Source of the DNA: Nageia nagi
Taxonomy: Eukaryota; Plantae; Pinophyta
Reading direction: 5' to 3'
Assembly (NCBI GenBank): GCA_050084985.1
Contig: JBITNC010000001.1
Span: forward strand, 133,300,001-133,364,000
Length of the DNA: 64,000 bases
The notes under the pieces were generated by a model. The model was not told the DNA's origin, searched no databases, and saw nothing but the letters and a program-made list of their open reading frames with translations. The translations under genes and the position numbers were made by a program. Below, in pieces: positions 24,601 through 39,600 of this stretch (positions within the stretch are counted from its first letter, which is position 1; the number at the start of each line of letters is the position of its first letter).

Positions 24601-27600
24601 AGCATATGAAATTTGTTGATAATTTCCACCCCCCCCCCCACTCTAATGTCTGAATATTGTTAAAATGCTTATTGGTTGGACTTTGAGATAAGTGTTGGTG
24701 GTAATAGTTTCTCTTGACAGCTATGCTTTTTTTGATTCGTCGCAATTTTTTGTAATGATGATTATTTTGTATAGTTGGTGGTGTGTTATATGGGGTGTGC
24801 AAATCCCACCCGCCCTTTTGTGTGAAGAAGGTTCTTAATATAATAGAAAGGATTTTTCATTCAAAAAAAAATGCATTAGACAGGTTTATCTCAACTAAAT
24901 CAAATGCATTCATGCACACTTATCAACACCGACTTTTTTATTATTGTCAATATGATAAAAATCTCAGATTTCACAACTATCAAGAGGTTTGAGACAAGGA
25001 AATGATGCGCAATACCCTTATTTCTTCATAATTATGATGGAAATTGTAAGGTATACGGAAAGCAAAACAAAACAGGTAAAATTACAAAGGGTCAAACCAT
25101 CTTCATCATTTCCTACCCAAACCCATCAACATCACATAACTTTTATATTAATCTCTTTTCTAAAGAAATAAGCAAACATGTGAAGCCTTGAGTCAACATG
25201 TGAATCTCAAAAAGAGAGAAGCAACATCCATAAACAACTCTAGCAGAAAGCAAGAAACTGAAAAGTTCTAAATGTTGATTCAAGTGAACTACAAATAACA
25301 TATCGTGGAAAGGTCAATTAGTTATCTTCAAAAATAAAAAGAAAGTATATTTTTTCACATTATGGCTTACACTTGCAGAACAGGTCAATTACATAAACAT
25401 ATTTTATGACTGAACCCCTCCATAAACAGATAGATTGCATTAATATAAGATAGTTTCTGCCATGGGAGAAAAGAGGAAAGGAGAATACACATTGAAACAT
25501 TGTTGTATAACTATAATGCTTCTATAGCATCATTACTACTACACCAAATTATCTTGTATAATAGGCGAGGTCTGATGAACCCAATAGTCTCTCAACATTT
25601 TTGTGGGAACTGGGTTGCTCAATTTTCTGTCAGTATCTCTCAAAGAGTCAAAAACATCAAGTTCTTGTGCCAAGAATTTTACTCCAGGTGATTTTGCTTT
25701 AGCAAATCCGCTAAGATCCACACTCAAGTTACTTGCCAATTACTGGCTAACCATCTGTACTCAATATACTCAAAAAAGTATTAGGAGTGATAATCAGGTA
25801 TTGGTTAACCACAGTTCAGTATTCCTTAGTTAATTGACACCATGTAGAATTACACTTCCAGTAGAATACTTTTGTTACACTAATTTTTGCATGCCTCTGA
25901 ATTTATTTAGCTCATAGGTTGTAAAAAATGTATCGATATCTACAAACCTATACAGTTTTTCACCAAATTCTTCTATACTTTTAGAGTAGACCTACGTTTG
26001 GCGGACACTGACAATAGTTCTATTGCAGTATTAGAAGGAATTTACATGAAAAAAATTAAAATAAACTATTTTGAAATGTTCAAACGTATTCAGTTTAGAG
26101 AAGAACCATCAAAATGTGCACTTGAGAATGAAAAAATTGAAAGCACAATGGTCTTTAATCTAAATAAATTTCCACTTATAATGAATTTAATCCAAATAAA
26201 TGCAACATTGATGTCGGTCTTTGGAATAAAATCACTTCTCTAAAATTTTAAATAAGCTAGTTGCTATTCCAAGAAAAAATGAATTATTGGAAAAATCCAC
26301 CAAAAAAGATTTTTTAAATTTCAGTTCTCAATAAATGAAAAAACATGCAGAAAACTCACCAATTTTCCGACCCTTACGAGGACAACCAAGAACATCCGAG
26401 GGACTCACCTGCACAAACAAGTCAAGCCATTGATCCAAATATTATTGGTATGTCGCTTCATGTTTTGAAAATGTCAAGAGAGGTATATTCAAATCAAATG
26501 ACAATTAAGGACCCTTAAGTCTCACACACAGCTGTTTTAGATGCATCTTCAAAGGAGTACAATGGCATATGGAAGTTGGAACCACTTGGATGTTTATTTT
26601 AAAAGTTTTTAGCATGGTAATGGCAAATTGTCCCAAAGCCCTGTATAATTCATTAAATTTGAAGATTTTTGGTTGTATGAACAATTAACTTATTGAACTT
26701 CAATATAATTCTTCGTTGGTTGCATCTGCTCAGGTCAAATATCAGTTATATATATTTGCAAATTGTGCTGGAATGCAAGGACTAATTTTGAATCAATCGG
26801 CTTCCTTGTGCAGTGGAATTCAACCATCATGAACCAAATAGGTTCATTTCAGCCAAACATAATAGACAGACTTGAGTAAATTTAATCTAGCATTGGAAAT
26901 TAAGGAGTCTATTAATATTCTAATCATGTACAACATTCTTACTAAGCCTGTCCAGGTAACAAATATATAAAACACATGCTTTTGAGTTCCAACAAGCTCC
27001 TTTGACTCCAGCTAACTATGAAAGAGATGCAGCTAAGGAAACATTGCCATGCACAATAGTTTCTCATAAACAGCCTACAGAGTTTTAGAAAACTTACATG
27101 ACTTGACATTTACTCTAAAACTAAATTCAGTGCCTACCAAAAGGAAGCAATCCGCCAACTTCAAATCATCACAGCCTGCAACTATACAGGTTCACCACAT
27201 TCAAAGGACATTAAAATTGGCAATGCTGCACAGTGCAGACTATACCTCCACAGTTTGTTAAGATATTAGAAGGACAACAGCTGTGAAGACAAACCAAGCC
27301 ACACAGTGCCACAATGACTTTCCAAACTTAAGCATTGTAATATCCCAAAAATTCTCCAACACAGGGATTAGCCAAATAATCACCAACAAATATCAAATTA
27401 ACAAATGCAAGATCAAACAAGTCACTCCCAAACCCAACGTCACACTAGGGCATCCAGTTATCATGCAAAACACACCATAAATGAGCCAAGAAACATGACA
27501 TCACACTCAAGATGGCAAGATAAATGCAACGCAACCACACAATGAGACAATATATGGAGATCCAATGCAAATGCCCTCAAATAACTGAAATAAGTGAAGT

Positions 27601-30600
27601 ACAATGCAATACCAGGCCCAAAGGGTTCAACATTGGCTTCCAAGGAGACAAGTAGGGCACACAATGTGCAAAATATGATCACTGAAGGAGATATGCTGCT
27701 ATGGAGTCTCAAACCCCAGATCTGCAAGATACATCAATGGTAGAACAACCACAATCTACCAGATCTATGGATGCCACATTGAAGGGCCTCCTCATAGGCT
27801 GGCTCCAAGCAAAGAGACCAAGTGCAATTTCGGAATACCACCGGATGGATTCAAAGATGATGACCACTATGGACACCTCAATGAAGGCCAAGCCTCACAA
27901 CACAAACAACCACCTCAACCACAAATTAGAAGGTGTTCTAATCCTCCTAAACTCTACCCTAAACTACACGCCCAAGGGTGCTTGATGCCACCAAGTCTTT
28001 AGAAGCTCCGAAGAGAAGAAATAGTTTCAATATCAATATTCAATATATCCTCACAATGATGCTCCAATGCCTTATATAACGCATCTTGGATCTAGATCTC
28101 ACCTAGGAGTTATCACACCAACCTCCAAATCCAACGTTAGCCTCCTAGAGGCCCTCAAATGCCCAAATGTGGGGTTTGGTGTGTTCCCCAATGCTCCTAG
28201 GTGTCATGCATACCCAACGTTAGCCTTCTAGAGGCTACCCAACACCAAATACATATTATCATGGGCCGACATGGGGTCTAGAGTCTTCCCCAAGTGTGGT
28301 GAAGGTGTGCAAGTGTGCAATGATGCTCCCCAAGTCCAACATTGGGGTCATAAGTGTCCATCCATGCCATGTGTTTGGCTATTTGGGTGTTATACAAAGT
28401 CTTGGGATAACCACAATCCAATCGTTGGGATCTCCAAATGCATAAAAATAACAATAAAATAAGTAATCCTATACTTGGAGGAAAACGTCCCACTTTGGGG
28501 CTCATAATGTGGGTCCAATGGACCATTATTATTCTATCCCAAGTTACTACAAATGCAATAAGACAAATTATTTACAAAAGGGATATCAAAGATCCCAAAT
28601 TTCCTCAATTTTGCTCAAAAGAGGATGTTACAAGCAACGCCCCTGATGGTAACAATCTTGTGTTCATTGCATTGATATAGAATAAAGATTTGCATGTGGA
28701 TGTTCCATCTATGACTAATACATTAAAATTATGTCATAGTGTGAAATGTCTAACTCTCTTGCAGAAACAAACCAGCCAAACTCTTGCTCATTAATGACTT
28801 GGGGTGCTTGAAAGGCACTTTGAAAACTCAACCAACCTTTTATCCTTTCATATATTTTCCTGGCTCTTCAATAGCTTTCAACCACTCAAGTATTATTCAA
28901 AAGCATGTGATTACTACACCGCTTTGACCAAATATTTTGAGATTTGATCATTATATAAAAGGGAATGAAGTGCAAACAAAGAAAATCATGAATACTCGCA
29001 AGTTTTTTAACATTTTTGGCATCCATGGTTATGAAATTTACCTAAATGTCATATGAATATTTTCTATATACTAAAATTATTGATTTGAATTGAAAGTAGT
29101 GCCAAGAATCATTTGACAGCATCCAAGCTCTTCTGCTCTGCTCTTGAGGAGATAAAACCAGCATTGTAATTTTTCTTTTTGAAGTGTTTTGGGTCTGTGA
29201 TTATAAAATTTCCAAAGTTGTCATTTGAATATTTTCTATATACAAAACTATTAATCTGAATTGAAAATATTGCCAAGAATCATTTGACAGCAACCAAGCT
29301 TTTTGGCTCTGCTCTTGAGGAGATAAAGTGGGTAATGTAATTTTTCTTTTTCCAAAGATAGTCACCAACTTCAAACATTTAGCCAGAATATATCATACTG
29401 AATGCACTAAAGTGGTTTGAAATTGCATGAGTTGGAGGGACGGCCTCTAAAGAGTTTCTCCTGTCACTTTCCTATAATCATAAGCTTTTTAAGAGTTTTG
29501 GCTGGTATGGTTATGAAATTTCCAAAAAAATAAGTAATTTGGATAATTTTTATGTCAAATAAGGTAAAAGTAAAACTATTGATTTGAATTCAAGGTATGG
29601 TCAAGAATTAATTGACAGCATGCCAAGCTCTTTTGCTCTACTTTTGAGGAGAGAACGGGTATTGCAATTGCTCTTTTTCCAGAGCTCATCACCAACTTCA
29701 AGCATTTCACCTCTAAAAAGTTTCTCACAATAATCTTACCCAGTTTGGAATTTGAACACAATAATCGTACCCAGAAATTGAACAAAGTTGAAGAATTTTT
29801 CATGCATTACAAGCCAATCTTCTATTCTCAAGATATAACTAAGGAAACTGTTGGGCGCTTTTTCTTTCCTACCTTGCTAATAGGAAATTGAACTTGCAAG
29901 GCCTGCAGAAAGACACCAACACCTGAGTGATAGGGCATGACCCCTACCCACTACAAGGACTAGTTACCTCAAAGGTTTAGTGATGGGTGTGCGAGAGGTT
30001 GCTCAGGTGACCAGTTGAGATGTTTCAAGCTATCTCCAACTCAAATACAATTTTTTAACCAAGGACTTGAAGGGTCCCTATCTCCAAAAATTGGAGTTTC
30101 TCAAAAGAAAAAGGAAAATGTGGTTGCAAAAGCTATGCAAAAAAATTAAAAAAATAAAAGTAGAAGGTTGAGAAGACAATGATATATGAATTCAGCACAT
30201 GAACTCAATGTTCTCATCGACTGGTAGAGGTTTTAAGACTCAACTCTCATGGGCTTGTCATGGGTTCCACGCACTCCGAATCCAACTTGTTGGGCAACAA
30301 CACGAATGACCTAACAAGAGGAGCTTGAAGCTAAGGCGATGGAGGTAAAAGGGGTGAAATGTAGGTAGACCTTGATCAAGGGAGTGAAGTTCCTATCCTA
30401 AGCGACATATGGGAGCCATCTTAAAGTGTACGAGTCCTAAATGCAAACTATGAATCATTACATAACCATGAGTTACTTGAAGTACTTCTAAGAATATTCA
30501 AGCATTCTTTTGTCCACCTTAAACCAAATTTACAAAATGCACCAAGTATTCAAGACAGCATCAGAAAGTAACATCCATTCACATTCATAGTTTCAAATGA

Positions 30601-33600
30601 AAGCATTCACAATTCAATTACTTGGAGTATATCACATTCACAAATTGAGAAAACTTGTGAGCTTGAAAGTATTAAGTAAGTTGTCCAATTTGCAAAATGT
30701 CTAATCTCCTACAAATGAGCCCAAATGGGCTATAAATAGTTTTTTTGAAAACCCTAAATGTTGCCCTACCTCTAATTTCAAAATACGAGAAAATACAAAT
30801 GGACAAACCACAAATTGCCACATGGCATTACAAAATGTCTTCCACGCTTATGGGAGCAAATCCTCTTCCATCACAAACTTGGGAAATTAAATAACAAATA
30901 TAATAAAAGTATTTTATCAAAATAAGTGTCTTTTCTTGGAAACAAAACAACAAACTATGTAAATTGTGACTAAGATGAATGCGGGCCCAAGGCCTCAACA
31001 TGTCCCTCGAAATCCTCATCCAAGAATTTGGTCGTGAGTTCCAATCCACGCAGCATCTCTTATAGCTTTGGCCCGTTTCTAGCAATGCAACGTCCAACCT
31101 CTTCAATCATCTTCTGCATGTCGTTCTTCCAAGCATGAGCTATCAACAGGTGTCTCAAGTGATTTCCAATCTGATAGGTGTCGATGTCATCAGTCATAAT
31201 CAAGCTGTAAAGGAAGTGTCTAACTTTTGCCACTACCAGTTCCTTATCTCTAATGGTGGCATCATCATCTATAAACTTAACCTAGACATCCATCTGAAGG
31301 CTGGTGTTAGCCTTATCATTAAGTGCCTCGACCTCCTTCTGCACCTAGAAATGAATAGCTATCTGATTGACAACACCCAAGTAGAACCAATAATCCTCGC
31401 AAAACTTCACATCCTCGAGCCTCCGATCCTGTGTCATTTCAAATTTTATTATCATTGGCTTTCAGGAATCCAAAATTATGAGAAAGTTGGCTCTCTCCAC
31501 TACAATGTCTTTCAACTTTTGTTCCTCAAGTGTGACCCTCTGCAATGCACCAATGAATTGTTGAACCACCACCAAGACCTAATCAATCACCTCTTGTTTT
31601 ACTACAATCATACCTTGAGGGGTTTTATCTTTCGAAGCTCCTCTGTGGGTACCTTAGCTGACTCTAGCTCTCTAGTCAATCTCTTTTGTGCAGCTAACTC
31701 CTTTTTGAGGCTTTTTATCTCCTTTTCTTTCATCATCCCATCTTTGGTAATTGCCTCAGTGTTGGATATGATTGCATGTTTCCGACCAACCAAACCAATA
31801 GGACCCGTATTGATGATCTGGTTTACCTTCATAAGGTCTTCAGGTCGTTGGGGATTCTCCTTATCTGCGATTATAGTCTTGATGTGAATCGCGTTCTTGG
31901 CCAAATGCACATAAGTCTAGGTCTTACCCAGGCGAGTGGAGCTTTCTCCAATCTGATCATTCTCTTCTCTTACTCCAAACTCCTCCCTGACATCCATGTT
32001 AAACACATTCAAACACTCCATATTAACTCCCCATTCATCTGTAGGTGATGGTTGATAAGTTTCAACAATTGCTTCCTGAAAGATGGTGGTGCCTTTCCTG
32101 GCCCTTTTCAAGGGTCTCACCTCTTCTTCACTGTGCTCTTCAGAAGCCTCTATTGTTCGAAACTGAGAAGTTCCTCTTCAACTGTGCTCTTCTTTGTACT
32201 GTGTCTAAGGTTGGTCCCTTACCCTTCTCAGTGGATGGTTCTCAAGCAACAGGATTCTAGACTAACTTCACTATCTCTAAAGATCTATCTTCTTGTTGTG
32301 TACTCAGGATGTTGTCACGTTGTGTTGCATTCACTTCTTGTTCACCGTCTAAATCTCCTACTTCTCCTTCCTCTTTACTATCATCGGGTTCATACCTAAG
32401 ACGAGAGGATGAGGACCCAGATGGTGCAACAACAGGTGATGGTCCTGCAGCTTCTTCTCTAGGTGGTCTGGACGGTGAGGATGGATCCTTCTCTTTGTTC
32501 CTAACACCTCACCATCTTGTCTGTGGCCACACGTTCCAGTTCTCTCACATCATGCTCATCAACAGTGTTCTTGACTTGTTGTACTACCTATTCCGCTGGA
32601 TTCTTGCCATGCATTGATGCATATTGTTCGACTAGTCCTTCAACTGTGGGAGGAAACTGAGTGACCCTGGAGGTGGACTCTTGTAGTTTTCTTCCCTTCT
32701 GCTATGACAATCTCTTGTCGATGGTGGCTTCAACAAGTTGTTGTTGATCATGGGCATCCTTGTGCATTTTGTCATGGACCTTCTTCATTTCTACCTTGTT
32801 GCTCACATTCCAAAAAGGCTCTTCTTCTCTAAGTGGTTTATGTTTGTATGTTTTCTTCCTCTCCTTCATGTAAAACAGGTGAATCCTATGGTCGAGATCA
32901 TAATGATTGGCGGCAGGCATCTTGAAGTTGAATCTCTCCAACTCCTCCTCATGGTATCAATGTTTGCCCAAGCCTTGCACTAATATTCTTCCACTATGAT
33001 CGGCAAGTTTGAAGTAGCCGATTTCTTCTACCACACCTTTTCGTGCAAATAGGCCAATTGCTTCATCATCTCCATAAGTAGCAATCTGTTGCTCACAAAA
33101 CTTGGCAATTGATATGGTTGCACAGCTAACCCATCGATTCTAATGTACAAATAGTATTGATGATGGATGAAGAAGTCCCCATGCTTCATCAACACATCCT
33201 AGGCTGAGTTAGAGATCCTAGCCATTGTGATTTCTCCTTTGAGCTCCTTGTAGATCTCATACTCCCATCCATCGTTCTTCATGATGAAACTATCCCATCT
33301 TCTCTCAATCTTCCATTTGGGATAGCACTTCCAAATGGCATATGTTCCATTCTCAATCCATGCTACTTCTCCTTTAGTCGTGGCCCTATACTTGTCGTGG
33401 AGCAACATGTATAACAGGTAGGAATTGAGGTAGAATTTATGAGTGGTGCACAATAGATGATAACTGATCAACGATTGTGTCACTCAAGACCTTGCTCCAC
33501 TTGATCCTCTTTTCTCTAGCCATCTCGACAATGAAGCCAAAGAATTCTTTTCTGAACTTGGAAGCATCTTCTTTCCCAAGAACTCTGGACAACATTAAGA

Positions 33601-36600
33601 TCATCAACTCAACTGAAGGGTTGAAATTGGAGCAAGGGGCATTTGTGAGAGCATTCCCCTTTAGTCCATGGTGTTCATCAAGTATCCAATTCTTGATTAC
33701 ACCGGCATCCCTGTGAGTCTCTTGGTAGCATGCTAGTGACTCTGCTTCACTGTACTCGAAATTTCCCTCAGAAGTCCATTAGAATGTCGTTTTGATGGCA
33801 TCAGGGCTGAAGTCCATAATGATGTTTCCTTTGATGTCACGAAGGACTCTCTCTCCCTTTTGCTATTGATGACCGACCTCCATACACAATTCAGGAAAAG
33901 GTGTTGTGAATGGAACGAATGCACAAGTGGAAAGCTCGGAGAAGAAGACAATGTCTTCTTTGAGGTCACTGATTGGCAACCCCCGTATTTTCTCCCTCAT
34001 TTGCATAGGGTCAACGTCTTGCCAATCTGTATCTCCAATGGTAGCAAGACCGTTCCTCAAGAATCTAGCCCCCTAGGGAAGGGCGTCTTGTCTTTCACAA
34101 ATGGTGATGATGCAATCTTGTCTCATTTGTTCGAGGTCCCTGGCAAATTCTTACACCAAATTGCTCTTGGAAGTAGTCATGATGCTCAAGCTTGCAACAA
34201 GATCTCCCAAAGGTGATGCATCAGTTGTGGTGAAGGCAACCAACATTGGATTGGCTTGTCTCCCAAATGCTTGCGCAAGCCCTAGGATGCTATGTGGTGA
34301 AATTCAAACTCAAAAATTTGTAATTTCTTACAATTTTGGCGCAAAAGTAGAAGAGGAGTGCGATTTGAATTTGAGAAAACGAGGTCCCAAGCTTGTATTT
34401 ATAGCTGAAACTGGTTTCCAACAAACCCTAGTCGGCTAGGTCAAGGAGAGAAATTCATCTTAGCCGTCCATCTGGCTTACCTCGAGATGTGTGCGTGCAC
34501 CAATTTTCATGTCTAGCCGGCCAGGACCAAACATGGGGATTCTAGAGCTCCTTCTAGCTTGGTTCATGCCTAGAAAAGACAAGATTTTGTCTTTCTGGAT
34601 CATGTGCTAACCTTGGGGGTGAGTGCACTTCCCACGTTGACCCTCCTTGCTTGCTTGTTTTCTCATCTTGACCCTGAAGCTTGTCCTGGGACCTGAACTT
34701 GCTTGATTTTTGCTCTTTCTGGGGTCTAGGCTTGTCAAATTTCACCTTTAAGCTCAACTTGGACACTCCCCAAACTTGGTTCTTGATTCAAAAAGTCATA
34801 TTCTTGTCTTTTTGAGGCATGCGCCAACCTCTCATGTCTGCCCAGTTTGAGCGCATGGTTTAAAAAGTCAAGTTTTTGGCTTTTTGAATCATGCGCCAGC
34901 CTCTGAATGTGGCCAGTTTGGCCTGTTTGCAAGTTCTTGCCTCCGTGGCTTAACCAAATTTTCATGATTTTTCATTCCTGGAGGCTTCCTGGGTTTGGCG
35001 CATGGTCCAAAAAGTCAAAACTTGTCTTTTGAAATCATGCACCAGCCCTCCTAGAGGTGCTGGAGCTGAACTTGGGGTTCTGGGCTTCATGCCTTGGCCA
35101 ATTTTTCATCTTCAAACAAATTGGAAGCCTGTCTAAGCTAGGCACATGATTAAAAAAGAAAAGATTTTGTCTTTTTGTGGCATGCGCCAGCCTCCTGGAA
35201 GCCTCAAGTTCACTTCTTGATCTTCAAACTTGTCATATTTCTCCTCCCACCCTAGTCGCATGGTTCAAAAAGACAAGATTTTGTCTTTTGAAATCATGCA
35301 CCAGCCTTGAAGTGTCCTTGCCTTGTCTTTTTCAAGCTTAATTTCGGTCCAATCTACTCCTTGTCCTTGACGCATGCTCCAGAAACACAAGATTTTGTCT
35401 TTTGGAGGCATGCATTGGGCTTGAAAGTGGCCTAGATTGCCTTTTCGAGTCTCAACTTTAGTCTGGATGGCTCCCTGACCTAGTCGCATGTTTCAAAAAG
35501 ACAAGATTTTGTCTTTTGAAATCATGCATCAACCCTAAGAGTTGCCCAGTTTGGCTTGACTCTATCCCGACTCATCCTGGGCTCCACTAGTTCACCTAAG
35601 GTCAACTTTTAGTTTTCTAGACTTTGCCATTTTTGAGGAATTTCAGTTTTTCAACTTGATATGACTAAGTCTAAGCAAAGAATGAGGCTTCAACCTGTGG
35701 GACTCGACAGTGAAGCTAGGTCTTGCGACATCACTTGGACTAGACAAGACAACAACATGACAAAGTGTTCACATAAGGCGTTGAGGGGGAAGGGTCCCCA
35801 AAATCGCAGGATTTTGGGGCATGTTGTGTTTTAGTCACAACAGAAACCATGGCAGCCATTTAAGTTGCGTGATGTGATCCAATGTGAGAAGTCAAGCACT
35901 TAGCAAGCATCAGCCATTTCACAAGACAACTTGCTTATCGCATTTTTATGAAAGACAAGAAATCCATGTGACTGGATGGATTCCCTTACAGTATACAAGC
36001 ACTTTTGAAATTTGTCAGTAAGTGAGTTCATCAACAGAAGGAGATCTAAATTTGTACTGAAAGCTAGCAATCCTGAACTCATTACAAGTTTGAGATCAAT
36101 TATGTGTGTTTGTTTGTTTCACATTATATTGTATCCTAGTATTAATTATACAGACTTTCATCATCTATTTAAGCGCTATTTAGTTATGAAAAGACACCTT
36201 GTATGTGTGCACAGTGTACCCTTGTTTCTGTCATCTTTCATCTATCATTGCACCACTTTCCTTATATATGATATTTGAAACTGTTTCATATATTCATGTT
36301 CACAAAGAGATTGTCCAACGACAAGTGGCATGAAAGCATTCATTGCCGAAACTTATCTTTATGCACGAGTGTTGGCTTGTAGCCATGGTCAGTGACAAAA
36401 GGGTTTGACTTGTTGCCCAATTTCTTTGTAGCTCATATTTTGCAGTCTGTGATCTCTCCTCTTAGTTGGTGGCATAAAGAACTTCAGAATATACATAGTT
36501 GTTTTCCTTAGATTGATAAACCTTGTCCCGTATCTTCTACATTAATATTTTCCCTGCCTTGTTTTCAACTCCCAGATTATTTGCACATGTAATCTACAAA

Positions 36601-39600
36601 CAGAAAAATATATTAAGTGGAAACACATGAGTTGGTAATCAACCTTTCTTCCATTTACAAAAACAGATTGACCCTGTTGCAGTAATGCCCGCTGTTCACC
36701 TGGTTCTACACCAATTTGCTCAGCACGCTCCACCATGAATCTGTTCAGCTGAATACAATTTTTTTAATTATAACACAGTAAAGTATTATTGATGCAATTT
36801 TTGTTTCCATGACTGATGAACACTGTAATGAATGGCATCTGCTAAAGGATAAGCAAGGTGAAGCTGCACAGAACCTTCCAATTCGTGGATTCTCTTCAAA
36901 AACATATCCCCAGCACGGTATGGTGTGTTTCAAAAGACCAGCTTGCATTCTATATTTATCATCTGAAAACCTAGTTTCCACAATCAAATCAGCACTCAGT
37001 AATCATTTTAAAATAAAATACATATAACTGCAAAGCAAATGGCCCATTGCTACAAGACTTCCAACAGCTCAAGCAACATTTGGAACTAAACTCCATAAAC
37101 ACATAAACCTATTATGCGATTTATCAGATAGTCATTTTTACTCTACATGTATCTCAGACATATAAGCTTGGCTTTCTTGGATATATCATAAGAAATTGAT
37201 TCTACTGAAAGCACTTCAGCCCTCGCAATTATTCACAGTAAAGTTACAATGTTTGCATAATATTATACATATGGTGAGACCCAAATACAGGAAAGTGATA
37301 ATGGAAAATAAAACACAGAAAAAAGAAATGTTGAAGTTAATAAAAACAAGAGAGTCAAAGACACTCCATTTATAATATGAAGATCCTATATCAGCATCAA
37401 TAGAAGTCTATAACAGAATTTAATAGTGCAAACAAGGGAATTAACAATGAAAGAGGCACAATTTTCCCTAAAGGTGCACTAAGTGCTGTCATAGTGTATT
37501 TTAGCACAATAGTTGCTAGAGGTGCATCAGGCTTGACAACAAAATGGCATGACAAACACCGAAAGCAAATGAGTTTATAGAGTATGGCACATTTGTTGCA
37601 CAAGCTACATGTAAACTAGATAAAAATGTCAAAAAGAGCTAAAAGCTGCCAAAGTTAAAGACACTTCGGTGCAGAACTTGATACATTAATTTTTGAGAAT
37701 GGATTTGTCCAATTAAAGTATCTGGATGGTATTTCACATGAAATCTGAAAAATGCATCAAAATGGAGAAGAAATTATGCTTGAATAATGCATCCCAGTCA
37801 AATTTCATGGAAATAAAAGATCTCCAAACTTTGAACAGGCAACTGCAACCCAATGAAGATAAAAATAACAAGGAGATAATTACATGCGGAATATGCATGG
37901 CCAGTTATCACTAACCACATATCGTGTTTGTTCTCAACCAAGAGTACTAGACACCTAATTACCGCCCAGTGTAAAAAGTAATCAATAAGAATTGAAAAGG
38001 GAAAGATCTAAATCAATCAGACATGTGGCTCCACCAACAGAAAGGGTTTTGAAATGCAAAAGAATTGTTAGAATGGACAAGCAGACTTATTTACAAGCTT
38101 ACTCCAATGCCATGCAAATATAGCTAAGCCTTCTGTATGTACAATGGACAAATTATATATCGAATCCTTGACTGGTTTGAGATGCTGCCAAAAAAGACAA
38201 AGCCTTTCATTAGTCCACCAAAACAACAGAGTCTAAATCCAAAAGCCAAATTGTTGAAGTTTCTTAGAGACCATCTCAAACCACATAAGGGATTGCTTTT
38301 TCTGAAAGAATTCCTGCAGCAGATCATGCTAAGACTGCTGAGCAACATATAATATCTTTGTGGCAATGGTCTACTGGTAAATCAATTGTTGTTTGGCCAA
38401 GGTGCTAAAGAAAAAATCATTCAGGGTTAGTTTTGGTTAAAAGCAGGAAATTGTTTTGAAGTGATCAAAACTCAAATTGTTGGGAATCTGTAGAAGATAA
38501 AAGTGGTCTATACAGAAAGATATGTGACAAATTTGTATATAAAGATATAGGATTTGTTATCTTGATGTTTTGTGCACAGTGCTATTTTAGATTTAGACAA
38601 TCATGTGATGTTCGAATTGCAATTTACACTATATAGTTATTGGGCCAGTAACACTCAAGAATCAAGTAATTACAACTAATTTCCCTATATCTCTGCACAT
38701 ACATGGGAAACTAGGACTTCAATCCACATGGTTAGGCTGTGACAAAATCCTACTCGAGAACTATCACAGTAAAGGTACAAATTTGATTCTGAAGAACCTT
38801 TAGGGAGAAAAATATGTATGGTTTTCACTAATGTTAATATTTGTCAATTCATCATCAACATCCCAACCAAAATAAGACACCCCAATATCACAGTCGAGCT
38901 GCATCTAACATCTCATTGACACATCTTAAAATTGTCAAATGAGACTCAAATACAGCCTTAGCCTCATGATGCTTAGAAAGCCACAAAGCAGCAGATTTCC
39001 ACAAGGTACAGGATTGGTGTTGAAAAATCTTTAGGGAAAGCTAAAGTCTGCCTTTCATCAATCTTATACTGGCAACCCAATAAGCACTAATTTTCTAATT
39101 CAAAATGAACACCCGCATGAAAATTAGCCTTGAAAAAACTTTTACGGAAAAAATTAAGAATGGCTTTCACTAATGTTAGAGTAACATCCTGAATAGTGTA
39201 ATATTCCGTATTAGAAATAACCACAAATTATATTAAGAAATGTAAATTAAGCCAAATATGGATGCCAAAAAAAAGATCTGATATTATTGTTGCTCAAAAG
39301 ATGATTACAAATTGTCCAAAGTGGCCTCTAGGGCTGGACGTCACCTTACAACTGCTCACAATGAAGCTACAAGGGCCCAAAGGGCTCAACATATGGCTTA
39401 CTGGCCAGATCTAGTGCTCCAACTCCTCCAGAAGGCTGACATCACACTCCTGGGCTAATGATCTCACTGAATGGTGAAGGTCTTCTCACAAGGTATCCAG
39501 AGCTTAATGAGGCTCCAATGGTGGCAGAAGCTTGATGAGGCTCCACCTAGACCACGAAAGCTTGATGAGGCTCCACCTAGACAACGAAAGCTTGATGAGG

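Larger units (their letters stand above)
29849..35842 (-). mobile_element. Second giant (5,994 bp) protein-coding solo LTR
   Basis: TGTTG...CAACA termini and perfect TSD GAAAC (29844-29848 / 35843-35847). Collinear with 1298-7323 at both termini, the repeat array, the TATA box and the ORF. Confidence 0.9.

Noticed and set aside
31135-31887. 250-aa plus-strand ORF
   Set aside because: Antisense shadow of the LTR-encoded ORF, with no recognisable motifs.
29849-35842. DNA transposon or Helitron carrying a transposase
   Set aside because: Only 5-bp TGTTG/CAACA inverted ends with a 5-bp TSD, and no DDE or Rep/helicase motifs were recognised. The homologous end abuts a PBS at 57725, which fits a solo LTR.
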